From: a virus | Length of the DNA: 37,227 nt | UHGV virus genome: UHGV-0368904 | Direction: 5' to 3' (one strand) | Shown here: in pieces, positions 7,181 to 17,400 of the stretch | Layout of the letters: each line of letters opens with the position of its first letter | How positions within the stretch are numbered: the first letter of the stretch is position 1 | Notes under the pieces: model-generated | What the model saw: the letters and a program-made list of their open reading frames with translations, nothing else | Databases searched by the model: none | What the model was told of the DNA's origin: nothing | Translations under genes and position numbers: made by a program

Positions 7181-8664
7181 TGACAGAAGAAGTAAGTAGA
7201 CCAAATACTGAAAGTAAAATACGTGAATTCGTTGACCTTTTAGGAAATCGTGTCTTTTATTGTGATAAAAACGCAAAGATTGACGAACGCTTGGTGGATA
7301 AATACATTAATAAGCATCGGAAATTAATAGGGTTTTACGAAGAATTAGAAAAGCTCTACAACGGTCAACATGATATTTATTATCAAAAAAATAAAGGAAT
7401 TGGAAAGCCTGACCATCGAATTGCAGTCAACTTTGCCCGTTATGTTGTAGATAGTTCTGCAGCTTTCTTTAACGGTAAACCAACAAAGATTACTCATCCA
7501 GATGGTGAGGTAAAAGAATTTGTTCAAAATTTCCGTAAACGAAATGAGGAAGAAGACAACGATGCAGAGCTTTCTAAGCTAACTGCTATTTATGGGCATG
7601 CTTATAAGCTTTTATATCAAAACGAAGAAGCAGAAACGTGCGTGACTTATTTAAAACCTACGCAAGGATTCATTGTTTACGCAGATGACTTATTAAAAGC
7701 GCCTATGTTTGCGGTTCTTTACAACAAAATGGCAAAGGACGAGCTAACAGCAACTGTTTATCCACAAAATAGCACAGAAACGTTTATTTTTACACAAGAC
7801 AAGACTTCTAAACGATTGGAAACTAAGAGAGGACCAACCGTTTTTCAGAAAGCCTTGTCTTATTTATTAGGTGGAAAAGAGGCAATCGCTAATCCGTACG
7901 GTGAAGTGCCTATGATTGAGTTTATGGAAAATGACGAACGACAAGGACGTATTGAGTCTGTGTGGTCGCTGATTAATAATTACAACGAAGCTCTATCAGA
8001 AAAAGCGAACGACGTGAGTTATTTTGCGGACGCTTACCTGAAAATGATAGGAGTAGATTTAGCTGACGAAAACGTCGCTGCTTATTTACGAGATAACCGA
8101 GTGATTAATAGTGCCACTCCTTTATCTGAAGGTGAAACAGTAGACATTGATTTTTTAGATAAACCTAGTTCGGATACAACACAAGAAAATCTGTTAGACC
8201 GATTAGAACGATTAATCTATCAAATGTCTATGACTTATAATGCAAACGATGAAAGTTTTAGTAATAACGCTTCAGGTATTTCGCTAGAATTTAAAATGCA
8301 AAATCCTAGAAACCTCGCACAAGCAAAAGCTAGGAAGTTTAAAAAAGCATATGCGCAAATGTACAAAATGATTTTTTCATTGCCTACGAATGTACCTGCT
8401 AATAAAGCGAAAGAATGGTTTAATTTAGAATACACTTTTGACTTTAATATTCCGCGCAATATTAAAGACGAAGCGGAAACTGCACAAAAACTTGAAGGGA
8501 TTGTTTCAAGAGAAACGCAATTAGGCGTATTATCGATTGTTTCTGACGTGACCCAAGAAATGGAACGTATAAAGGACGAAGAAACCGAAGAACGTTTAAA
8601 TCCACAAGTTGATTTTGGTAAATTTACTCAAGCTACGGAAGAAGTGACCGAAGAACATGAGTAA
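7180..8664 (+). CDS. portal protein (SPP1 gp6-like)
   Basis: 494 aa. The start overlaps the terL stop (TAATG). Its position and size fit a portal. Confidence 0.85.
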   Translation: MTEEVSRPNTESKIREFVDLLGNRVFYCDKNAKIDERLVDKYINKHRKLIGFYEELEKLYNGQHDIYYQKNKGIGKPDHRIAVNFARYVVDSSAAFFNGKPTKITHPDGEVKEFVQNFRKRNEEEDNDAELSKLTAIYGHAYKLLYQNEEAETCVTYLKPTQGFIVYADDLLKAPMFAVLYNKMAKDELTATVYPQNSTETFIFTQDKTSKRLETKRGPTVFQKALSYLLGGKEAIANPYGEVPMIEFMENDERQGRIESVWSLINNYNEALSEKANDVSYFADAYLKMIGVDLADENVAAYLRDNRVINSATPLSEGETVDIDFLDKPSSDTTQENLLDRLERLIYQMSMTYNANDESFSNNASGISLEFKMQNPRNLAQAKARKFKKAYAQMYKMIFSLPTNVPANKAKEWFNLEYTFDFNIPRNIKDEAETAQKLEGIVSRETQLGVLSIVSDVTQEMERIKDEETEERLNPQVDFGKFTQATEEVTEEHE

Positions 8665-9583
8665 TTATTGGGCGGAACGAGAAGCAAAACACATCGAAGA
8701 AATGCTGAAACGACATGTGAATTACGAACAAGAAATTCATAGACGGTATTTACAGTTATGGAAAACGATAGAAGCAGAAATTCAACAGTTTTACGTCGCT
8801 TATGCAGGGAAAGAGAAGATTAGCATTGATGGAGCGAAACGACGTGCAAGTAAACATGACGTACAAATTTTCGCGGAAAAAGCGAAACGTTATGTACAAA
8901 CAAGAGATTTTTCAAAAGAAGCTAACGAGCAATTAAGGTTATACAATTTAACAATGAAGGTTAATCGTTTAGAGCTTTTAAAATCGAAAATAGGTTTGTA
9001 TTTAACAGACAACACTAATCAGCTACAGACCTATTTTACAGCAATGTTAACAGAGGAAGCTGTAGCGGAGTTTGTGCGACAGGCTGGGATATTAGGCGGG
9101 TCCATTCTTTCCAAAGAAACCTACCGAATGTTTGCTAAAGCGATTATTGATGGTTCGTTTCATAACGCGACATTTTCGCAACGTTTGTGGGTGAATCAAG
9201 ATGTTTTGAAAGCAAGTATCGATCGCTTGTTAACAGTTGGTCTATCAGCAGGCAAACATCCAGATATTCTAGCTAGGGAATTACGCAAATTAGTTGTGAT
9301 TGACAGCTTGCGAGGAAAGGAAACGGCTGATTATGTCGCACGTCGGCTAATGATTAGTGAATCCGCAAGAATACAAAGTGAAGTACAAAAGCAAAGTTAC
9401 GAAAAATATGGGTATGAAGAATACAACCTAATCGTAGAATCAAACGCTTGTCCTATTTGTGTAGGAATAGCAAGTGCAAATCCACATAAGGTTTCTGAAA
9501 TGAGCCCAGGAATCAACGCAAGTCCTATTCACAACTGGTGTCGGTGTAGTACTGCACCTGCTTATAAAGACAAAAAGTTCTAG
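8657..9583 (+). CDS. head morphogenesis / minor capsid protein (SPP1 gp7 family)
   Basis: Position after the portal gene, a start overlapping it, and a C-terminal Cys-rich motif (NACPIC...WCRC). Confidence 0.75.
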   Translation: MSNYWAEREAKHIEEMLKRHVNYEQEIHRRYLQLWKTIEAEIQQFYVAYAGKEKISIDGAKRRASKHDVQIFAEKAKRYVQTRDFSKEANEQLRLYNLTMKVNRLELLKSKIGLYLTDNTNQLQTYFTAMLTEEAVAEFVRQAGILGGSILSKETYRMFAKAIIDGSFHNATFSQRLWVNQDVLKASIDRLLTVGLSAGKHPDILARELRKLVVIDSLRGKETADYVARRLMISESARIQSEVQKQSYEKYGYEEYNLIVESNACPICVGIASANPHKVSEMSPGINASPIHNWCRCSTAPAYKDKKF

Positions 9584-9705
9584 CGAAAGTTAGGCTTTTT
9601 TTATTTGCCTTCTTACTGCTTACAGGCGTTAAAGAGAAAGCTGTTTCGATTGATAGGCGTAACCTATTAATTTCGATTAGCCACGTAATGGCTGGAGGTT
9701 TTAAC

Positions 9706-10341
9706 ATGAACGAAGAAAAACACTTATTATTACCGATGGATTTACAATTTTTTGCAGATGAGCCAAATTCTGATGAGCCAAACTCTGACAATTCAAACGA
9801 ATCGGGGGATTCATCGACAAAGGATTCTCAAAATCCAAAAAATGAAAATCCAGACGGAAAAGAAACTGGAAAGACTTTTACCCGTGATGATGTTGCCAAG
9901 ATGGTCGCAGCAGAAACTAAAAAAGCTGTGGCGCAAGCAAAATCCGATTGGGAAAAGCAAAAATCTTACGAGCAAATGACTGCGGAAGAACGTGTTAAGG
10001 CGAAAGAACAAGAAGCCGCTGACAAAGAAGCACTAGCGGAAAAACGAGAAAAGGAAGCACAAGCCCGCCTCGACCGTTTAACGCGTGCCGAATCTGTTCG
10101 TAACGATTTATCCGAGAATGGTCTTTCCGACTACGTAAGTGCTGCACAAGCCGATTTATTGCTTGTGAAAGATACGGACGAGGATACAAAGAAAGCTGTA
10201 GATGAATTAAAACAAATTATTTCAAAAGCTAGAGATGGTATCCAAAAAGAATTGCTGAAAGGTCAAACTGTAAACGTTGCTACAGCAACAAAAGAGACCG
10301 ATTGGCGCAGCAATTTGACTAAAAATTTAGAAAAGAAATAG
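9706..10341 (+). CDS. capsid scaffolding protein
   Basis: The N-terminus (MNEEKHLLLPMDLQFFA) is the classic scaffold signature. It is acidic and coiled-coil. GGAGG lies 9 nt upstream of the ATG at 9706. Confidence 0.8.
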   Translation: MNEEKHLLLPMDLQFFADEPNSDEPNSDNSNESGDSSTKDSQNPKNENPDGKETGKTFTRDDVAKMVAAETKKAVAQAKSDWEKQKSYEQMTAEERVKAKEQEAADKEALAEKREKEAQARLDRLTRAESVRNDLSENGLSDYVSAAQADLLLVKDTDEDTKKAVDELKQIISKARDGIQKELLKGQTVNVATATKETDWRSNLTKNLEKK

Positions 10342-10353
10342 GAGATGAAAATT

Positions 10354-11250
10354 ATGCCAGTTATTTTAGATAGCAAAGATTTAAAAGCAATTGACAAAGA
10401 ATTTGCCGCAGGCTCGCAAGTTTGGGATTTATTGAAAGGTGGAGCTGCTGCAGTAACAGAAGCGGATTTTGTAGGCGCAAAAGAAGTCCGCATCAACAAA
10501 ATGAAAGGTTTTACTGCTAGTGATTATAAACGTAACGAAAACAACAAACGTTCTAAAATTGATGTGGCAAAAGAAACGGTCAAACTAGAGAAAGAACGTT
10601 GGTTTGGTTATGACTTAGACACATTAGATCAATCAGAGAATGCTTCCTACGAAGTTCAAGCGATTGTGGAAGAGCACACTCGTTTAGTTGCGATTCCTGA
10701 AAAAGATCGAACTGCTGTACAACGCTTATTAGAAGCGGCATTTGCTGAGGCTGCGGATGATGATAGCGAAGGAAAATACGTTGGAAAAACGGTAAAAGAA
10801 ACCATTACTACAGAAAACTCTTTAGCTTCTTATGACGCAGCAGAAGCGTATATGACAGATGCAGAAATTGTCGGTCCGTTTATTATGTTTGCATCCACTG
10901 ACTACTATTCAGCATTAAAAAATGCAAAAGGTGTTTCAAAAACATTTACTACGAACGAGCAACAAATTTCAGGTATTAACCGTAAAGTTGCGCAGTTAGA
11001 CGGTTCCGATACTATTATTCAAAAAGTTGCAAAATCTCGTTTACAGGTAGATTCTACGAAGAAAATTAATTATATTCTTGTGCCTTTGATGGTTTGTTCG
11101 CCAGTTGAAAAATACAACTCTATTGATCTAATTCCAGCTTCACAAGACCGTGACGGCTACAGAGATACCATCAAAGGATTAAACTATTATGATGCTATCG
11201 TAACTGAAAAAGCTCGTCCTGCCATTTACGTTTCTTACGATTCAAAGTAA
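10354..11250 (+). CDS. major capsid protein
   Basis: Directly follows the scaffold gene. The ATG at 10354 has better Shine-Dalgarno spacing than the ORF's first ATG at 10345. Confidence 0.8.
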   Translation: MPVILDSKDLKAIDKEFAAGSQVWDLLKGGAAAVTEADFVGAKEVRINKMKGFTASDYKRNENNKRSKIDVAKETVKLEKERWFGYDLDTLDQSENASYEVQAIVEEHTRLVAIPEKDRTAVQRLLEAAFAEAADDDSEGKYVGKTVKETITTENSLASYDAAEAYMTDAEIVGPFIMFASTDYYSALKNAKGVSKTFTTNEQQISGINRKVAQLDGSDTIIQKVAKSRLQVDSTKKINYILVPLMVCSPVEKYNSIDLIPASQDRDGYRDTIKGLNYYDAIVTEKARPAIYVSYDSK

Positions 11251-11320
11251 GCGCCCCGACCGTTAAAAAGGTAACACCAACGGCAGATGGGGCAGTTGTT
11301 GAAGCAGAGTAGGTGAAAAA

Positions 11321-11653
11321 ATGACTCTTTCAGATTATCGCGTACTACTGGATATTTCAGAGGATACCTACGAAAAAGATAAGGCAAAAATTATCAAAAT
11401 CTGGGACATTACTGAAAAACAGCTGCGAGTAAAATTGAAAGCTGATAAAATACCAGAAAAATTGGACTATATTGTTCCGTCAATTGTAGTGAAACGATAT
11501 AACCGTTTAGGTTTTGAAGGCATGGAACAACATTCTCAATCAGAAGAAACAATCTCTTATAATTTGGATGACTTCGGGGAATTTCAAGATGAGATTAACG
11601 ATTATCTTGAAGAACAAGGCTTGATTCGTAAAAGGAAGGTGTCCTTTTTATGA
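11321..11653 (+). CDS. head-tail connector protein (gp6-like)
   Basis: Position and size. The adjacent genes are translationally coupled. Confidence 0.5.
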   Translation: MTLSDYRVLLDISEDTYEKDKAKIIKIWDITEKQLRVKLKADKIPEKLDYIVPSIVVKRYNRLGFEGMEQHSQSEETISYNLDDFGEFQDEINDYLEEQGLIRKRKVSFL

Positions 11654-11925
11654 GAACATGTATTGATTACTACAACAAAAAACACGAGCTAATTTCGGAA
11701 AAACTGATAGGTAATGTAACCGAAGTCGGAACGGAAAAACAAATGACCATTTTCCCTAACATAAAGGAGCAGATGGTCATTTTTCGTTTTAGAGACCGCC
11801 TAGCTATTCGTTCAGGATTTCTTGAATACTACGACGAAGAAGAACAAAAAAATCGAAAATTTACCGTTGTTAAAAATTTGCGTGTTAGCAAAGGAACTTC
11901 GGTTTATGGAAGTGAATATCGATGA
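11650..11925 (+). CDS. head-tail adaptor / head-closure protein
   Basis: Position, and a start overlapping the previous stop. Confidence 0.45.
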   Translation: MRTCIDYYNKKHELISEKLIGNVTEVGTEKQMTIFPNIKEQMVIFRFRDRLAIRSGFLEYYDEEEQKNRKFTVVKNLRVSKGTSVYGSEYR

Positions 11926-12260
11926 CTTACCGAGTAGATATTTCAGGATTGGATGATTTAATCGAAGCGATTGAAGAAGCGAAAAAGCTAGACGATGTAA
12001 AAGAGGTTGTCAAAAATGATACTGCTTATATGGCAAATCAAATTGCAGAAGAAACACCAGTCAGAAGTGGATACTTAAAACGAAGTGAGACACCATCTAT
12101 TAAAGATGATGGAATGACTGGTGAAGTCGAAGCGATGGCTGACTATTCAGCATATGTAGAATATGGAACGCGTTATATGTACGGACGTTTCTATATGAAA
12201 AAAGGGCATACAGCAGCAGCTAAAAGATTTCTTGATAATATGGAGGCGTTAGTAAAATGA
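11922..12260 (+). CDS. HK97 gp10-family head-tail joining protein
   Basis: Size, position, and a conserved C-terminal tyrosine/glycine-rich motif. Confidence 0.55.
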   Translation: MTYRVDISGLDDLIEAIEEAKKLDDVKEVVKNDTAYMANQIAEETPVRSGYLKRSETPSIKDDGMTGEVEAMADYSAYVEYGTRYMYGRFYMKKGHTAAAKRFLDNMEALVK

Positions 12261-12649
12261 CCTTTAAAGACCCGTATTCAGAGCTTTACGAAGCATTATT
12301 TGTCACGCTGGAGCAAGCAGGGTATGAAACCTATGGGCATTTGCCAGATGATGAAGCATCGTATCCGTTTGTTTTCTTAGGTGAACAATGGTCTAAGGAT
12401 AGACAAACAAAAACAAGAACGTTAGGTTCAACAAATATTATGATTCATGTTTATGATCATGACGACAAACGTCGAGAATTAAATCAAGTATTAGCCGATG
12501 TGCGAAAAATCGTTCATGAATTGCACCAGACTAAGAACTTTAATTGGTTAGTGACAGAAAGTAGCACAGAAGTAATTTATGAAAATACAACCAATTTTGG
12601 TACGAGCCTTGCACACGGTGTACTTGACATCACGTTAGAATTTGAATAA
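12257..12649 (+). CDS. tail terminator / tail completion protein
   Basis: Its position immediately upstream of the major tail protein gene. Confidence 0.5.
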   Translation: MTFKDPYSELYEALFVTLEQAGYETYGHLPDDEASYPFVFLGEQWSKDRQTKTRTLGSTNIMIHVYDHDDKRRELNQVLADVRKIVHELHQTKNFNWLVTESSTEVIYENTTNFGTSLAHGVLDITLEFE

Positions 12650-12667
12650 GAAAGAAGGAAACTCGAA

Positions 12668-13273
12668 ATGGAAAAAGCAATTCAAGGTAAAAAAATTAAG
12701 TTAATGTTTCGACTAACACGTGAACGTGCGACAACAGCAGCGAAGTTGTTAGCTTTAGAAATTTCACACGAATATAAGTCAGAAACAAAAACAGATACAC
12801 AATCAACAAAAGACGGGAATGTTCCTACATCAGGAATGCCGTCAGCTTCCATCGAAATGGAATTTTTACGGACAGGCACAGAAACATACAACATGTTGAA
12901 ATATGCGTATCGTAACGGGCTAGAAATTGATGTATGGCGCATTAATTTTGATAAAAAAGACCCAAAAACAGGAAAATACGAAGCGGAATTTGGCACAGGC
13001 TTGTTGGATTCATTCGGAGATTCTGCCGAGTCCGATTCTAATTCAAGTATTAAACCAACTCTAGTTTTAAATGGTGACCTAGTAGAAGGTTGGGCAACGG
13101 TTGACGCCGAAAATGAAGAACTTGCGCGTGCTTTCTTCTACGACACAGTGGCTGGTGCGGAACCAGAGGAGCCTGTAGAAAAATACACACCAAAAACAAT
13201 TGAAGTGCCTAAAGTTGAAAGTGTAACGCCAACAGCAGATGGCGCCGTTGTAAAAGTGAAGGAGGAAGAATAA
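12668..13273 (+). CDS. major tail protein (TP901-1/phi13 type)
   Basis: An N-terminal FRL...TTAAKLLA motif, its position, and the strong terminator downstream. The C-terminus ends with VTPTADGAVVKVKEEE. Confidence 0.8.
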   Translation: MEKAIQGKKIKLMFRLTRERATTAAKLLALEISHEYKSETKTDTQSTKDGNVPTSGMPSASIEMEFLRTGTETYNMLKYAYRNGLEIDVWRINFDKKDPKTGKYEAEFGTGLLDSFGDSAESDSNSSIKPTLVLNGDLVEGWATVDAENEELARAFFYDTVAGAEPEEPVEKYTPKTIEVPKVESVTPTADGAVVKVKEEE

Positions 13274-13275
13274 TC

Positions 13276-13584
13276 ATGGCAATTACTTATCGTATTTACA
13301 AAGGTAGTGAAAAAGTAGTTGAAGGAGCAAGCCCATTAACAATTACTGGGCTTAGTGCGGGAACAAAAATAACAGCTGGTACGTATCATATTGTACGTGT
13401 GCAAGATGAAAAAGAATCTGAAAAAGTAGCTATTCCTGCTTTTACCGTATTGGCGGGACGCTCTTTGGAAAATAAACCAACAGAAGCAAATACTATTCCT
13501 GAAATCAAAGAATGGTTAACTGCTCACAGTATTGATTTTACAGGAAAAACAACGAAAACAGATTTATTAGCATTAGTACCATAA
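13276..13584 (+). CDS. Ig-like (Big_2-type) domain protein with a C-terminal HeH/SAP-like motif, possibly also fused to the major tail protein by a -1 frameshift
   Basis: SPLTITGLSAGTKITAGTYHIV is an Ig-like strand pattern. It has its own GGAGGA Shine-Dalgarno. Its reading frame is open from 13219 and overlaps the 3' end of the tail gene in the -1 frame. Confidence 0.55.
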   Translation: MAITYRIYKGSEKVVEGASPLTITGLSAGTKITAGTYHIVRVQDEKESEKVAIPAFTVLAGRSLENKPTEANTIPEIKEWLTAHSIDFTGKTTKTDLLALVP

Positions 13585-13602
13585 TTAAAAATCAGGAAGT
13601 AG

Positions 13603-13632
13603 GCGGCAATGTGAAGGCATTGTCGCTTTTTT
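13603..13632 (+). terminator. rho-independent terminator
   Basis: 9-bp stem GCGGCAATG / CATTGTCGC, 6-nt loop, followed by TTTTTT. Confidence 0.65.
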
Positions 13633-13646
13633 AGGAGGAATTTTAC

Positions 13647-14045
13647 ATGTCAACAAACGTAAAACCTGTCGCAACAATTAACGGAAAAAAATATCCTTTG
13701 GTTTTCGGTTTTAAATTTTTAAATGAAGTTAACGCATTAAAACCTGACGTTGAAGAAGTAGATAGCTTTGTTCAATTGATCGGTGGGTTACAGGATGGCG
13801 ATGCTTTTGCCTTTCAAAAATTAATGCACGCAGCGTTAATTACTTATGATGACTTAACAACGAAAGAAATTGACGACTATTTAGAAACGTCAGATGAGGC
13901 TTTAACGTTGTTTGAAAATTTTATCTCTTTCTTGAAGCAAGCACCGTTAACGGCTCTTCGGACGAAAAAAGCACTAGAAGCAATCAAAAAAATCATGGCT
14001 TACATGGAACAGATACAAGCCAATCAACAAGAAACGACAGCCTAG
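13647..14045 (+). CDS. tail assembly chaperone (gpG-like)
   Basis: GGAGG Shine-Dalgarno. Acidic, and sits upstream of the tape-measure gene. Confidence 0.7.
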   Translation: MSTNVKPVATINGKKYPLVFGFKFLNEVNALKPDVEEVDSFVQLIGGLQDGDAFAFQKLMHAALITYDDLTTKEIDDYLETSDEALTLFENFISFLKQAPLTALRTKKALEAIKKIMAYMEQIQANQQETTA

Positions 14046-14113
14046 ATTATGACGAAATAGTTGTCACTTGTTTTCAACATTTCCCCAATATCACTTTAAA
14101 AGAAATTGAGCGT

Positions 14114-14419
14114 ATGACCCCTTATGAATTTAATTTACGAATAAAAGCTGTAAATTTACGTGCAATTAACGAAGAAAGGAAACTATACGTTAACGCGTTA
14201 GCTACACGTATTTTTACAACGCCAGACGAAAAAGGACAACGCTATATTTTTAACGAAGTGAAAGATGTCTACGACTTTGAAAAGCTTGAACGCGATGTGC
14301 GAGGGGAAATTTCGCAACGAGAAGCGGAAAAGCTAAGTGAGCTAGAAGAAAACGCTCGTCGATTAGAACAAGCAAGAAAAATTGTTGAGGAAAGGAGGAA
14401 ACAACGTGGCACAAAGTAA
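14114..14419 (+). CDS. tail assembly chaperone, gpT-like -1-frame segment (probably expressed as a G-T fusion)
   Basis: No good Shine-Dalgarno. Its frame is open from 13916 and overlaps the last 130 nt of the gpG-like gene in the -1 frame. Confidence 0.55.
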   Translation: MTPYEFNLRIKAVNLRAINEERKLYVNALATRIFTTPDEKGQRYIFNEVKDVYDFEKLERDVRGEISQREAEKLSELEENARRLEQARKIVEERRKQRGTK

Positions 14420-17400
14420 AACGGTAAAAGCAACCCTTTCGGCAGTTGATAAGGGTTTTACGAGGACAATGAATAGCGCTGTCAGTTCATTGAAAAGATT
14501 TTCTGCTGGAACTTCTGGATTATCAGGTCAAGTCTCTAAAGTGAAAAGTAGTTTTGGCTCAATAGCTAGTGCAATAGGTATTTACAAAGCTGCTAGTTTA
14601 GCAGCAACTACTGTAACGAACAGTTTTACAGGAGCGATTAGCCGTTATGATACGATGAATAACTTTCCTAAAGTTATGAAACAGCTAGGCTTTAGTGCAG
14701 AAGAATCTACGCAAGCTGTAAATGATTTGTCAAAAGGTGTTCAGGGATTGCCTACTCCGTTGAATGAAGTAGTATCTACTGCACAACGGTTAACTGTATT
14801 AACTGGAAATTTAGGGAAATCTACAAAGTTAACAATTGCCTTGAATGACGCATTTTTAGCATCTGGTTCAAGTAGTGCGGATGCTTCTCGAGGGCTACAG
14901 CAATTTACTCAAATGTTAGCAGTAGGAAAAGTGGATATGATGGCTTGGCGTACACTTCAAGAAACAATGCCTATTGCGTTAACAAAAACAGCTAATGCTT
15001 TTGGATTTGCGGGGCAATCTGCTCAAACCGATTTTTATAATGCTTTAAAAGAAGGGACCATTACGTTCGATCAATTCGCTGATAAGTTAATTGAGCTTGA
15101 TGGCGGAGCTAGTGGTTTTGCAGCAATGGCACGTTCAGCTACAGATGGCGTAGCAATGGCAATGTCTAATGCTAAAACAGCAGTAGTGCGTGGAGTAACG
15201 CGCTCAATCGAAGCTTTTGACAAGTTTAATAAAGCTGTGGGTGGAATGACGGTGGCAGAATTAATTACGGCAGCAGGAGCTACCATAGAAGGTGTATTGA
15301 AGAAAGCCGCAACTAGTTTTGAAAACTTTGCTTCTATTGCTAAGCCCTATATAGATGTAGTCAAAAATGCGTTTACAAAAGTTGCACCTGTAGTAAAAAG
15401 TGCGCTGTCTAGCGTAGTAGGAGAACTGACTAATTCTAGTAAAAATTTCTTAGAGTCGTCTAGCACAGTTGATAAATTTAAATCCATTGTCAATCAGGTT
15501 TCAAGTGCTATTATTCGATTCTCAACTTATATCCAGGAAAACGCCAGTAAAATAGCGGATTATGCAAAAAAAGCGATAAAATTATGGGCTGCATTTAAAG
15601 GATATACAATTCTAAAAGGTGCAACAGGAGAAATTGTTAACTTTTCTAGAACTGTTTCAGGATCCTTAGCTACGGTGTTTGATGCATCAACTAAAATTGA
15701 CAGTCGATGGAGGAAGTTTGTATTAAATCCTTTATTACGGGCAATAACATCAGGTGGCACTACAGTTAAGGCTCGAATGCTTGTGTTTTCTGATTCGTTT
15801 AAAGGGAGTATGAAATCATTAAGCAGCCAAACTGAATTTGGTGCTGTTCGTAGAGGGTTTACGTCTATAAAAAGCGCTATATCTGAAACTTTTCCGACAT
15901 TTTCTAAGTTTGCTTCAAGTGTGAGACATCCTATTCGTTCTTTAGCAAGTTTTTCTTTGTCGGCAAAAGGTACGGGAACTGCTGTAAATGGTGCAACTCT
16001 TTTAATCGGTAATGGCTTTAAAACAATGTCTCTTACAGCTGTTAAAGCTATAGGAAAACTAACACTGACCCTATTAAGTAATCCTATAACAGCAATTTTA
16101 GTAGCTATTACCACAACAGTTGTTGGAGCAATTCAGGCATGGAAATCAAATTTCATGAATGTGCAAGGCTTTGCTAAAAGTGCATTCAGTGGTATAGGAC
16201 AATCAATAAAAAGTGTGATACCACATTTTAACAATGTCACGAAAACAGTAAAAAGCTTTGGTAATATCTTAAAGTGGTTAGGTACTGGCGCAATTGTTGG
16301 TGTCACTTTTGCTATAGCAGGTTTTGTAGATGGCTTACGTGCTATCGTTACTGTAGGAAAAACGGTAGTAAATGCAATAATGGCAATTTCAAACGGTGTA
16401 AAAGGACTTTGGAAACGATTAAAAGGCGATTCTAAAGGTGCTGATAAAGCATTTAAAGATATGAAGAAAAGCTTATCTGATATTGAAAAAGATTGGGATA
16501 CAATGTTTTCTGATTCTGCTTTAAAAAAAGCTGCTAAAAGCACCGAAGAATTAGGTAAAAAGTCCAAAGACACTACGAAAGCAATTTCGTTAAATATGAA
16601 AGAAGCCTCTTCAAGTGTTGAAAATTATTCTTCAAAACTTGATGAAGCTAAACAGGCAATGACTGAACTTTTCTCACAGCAAAATGGTAGTACGGCTGGC
16701 GTAGAAACTTATTTCAAGAATACACTTGATTTAGTTACGAATTTAAAGGAACAACAGAAAAAGGCTGTTGAAACCTATAACAAGCAAATTGAAGCGGCAG
16801 AAGGAAAATCAGAAGCAGAGAAGCAAAAGATTTTTGCCAATGCTTCAAGCCAGTATATGAAAGCTGTTCAAACGAATAATAGTGATTTATTGAAGGTATA
16901 TACTGATTATTCTAACCAATTGAAGAATAATAAAACAGTAGAGGGTCAAGAATTGACAGAACAGCAAAGAGCTACTTTGCAAAATCAAACGAATATTATT
17001 CGGGATCAATTATTACAACAGAACCAACAATTTGTTGAGGCTGGTATGAATAAGTTGGCTAATAAACAAGCATTAAGCGAGCAAGAAAAAGAACAAACTT
17101 TGACAAGCTTGCGAACGCTTGGAGAAATTCAAGCGCAACAAGTGCAAGAAAATAACGCCCAAATTCAGCAACTAGAAATACAAAAGAACCAAGCAAAAAC
17201 GGAATCTGAAAAAGCAGCTTTCCAAAATCAAATTACACAATTACAAACGCAAAATGCTCAAATACGACAAAGTGAATTAGAGCAAGGAGCTCAACTTCTA
17301 GCGATTATTTCACAAAATGGTGCAAATAAAATTGCAGTGACAGCTGATAATTTAGCACAACTTAAAGGCGTTACAGACCAACAGCTTTTAGGCATTTATC

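Noticed and set aside
9752-9979. A 75-aa ORF in an alternate frame within the scaffold gene.
   Set aside because: It lies entirely within the scaffold coding sequence, has a lysine/arginine-rich mirror composition, and has no Shine-Dalgarno.
15071-16573. Minus-strand ORFs of 71, 184 and 146 aa inside the tape-measure gene.
   Set aside because: They lie antisense within an intact 1356-aa tape-measure ORF, are Ala/Val/Pro-rich as expected for the mirror frame, and have no Shine-Dalgarno, so they are spurious.
16700-17300. Q-rich repetitive stretch in the tape-measure protein (QQ...NQ...) as a possible repeat or mobile element.
   Set aside because: This is the in-frame coiled-coil low-complexity region typical of tape-measure proteins, not an independent element.
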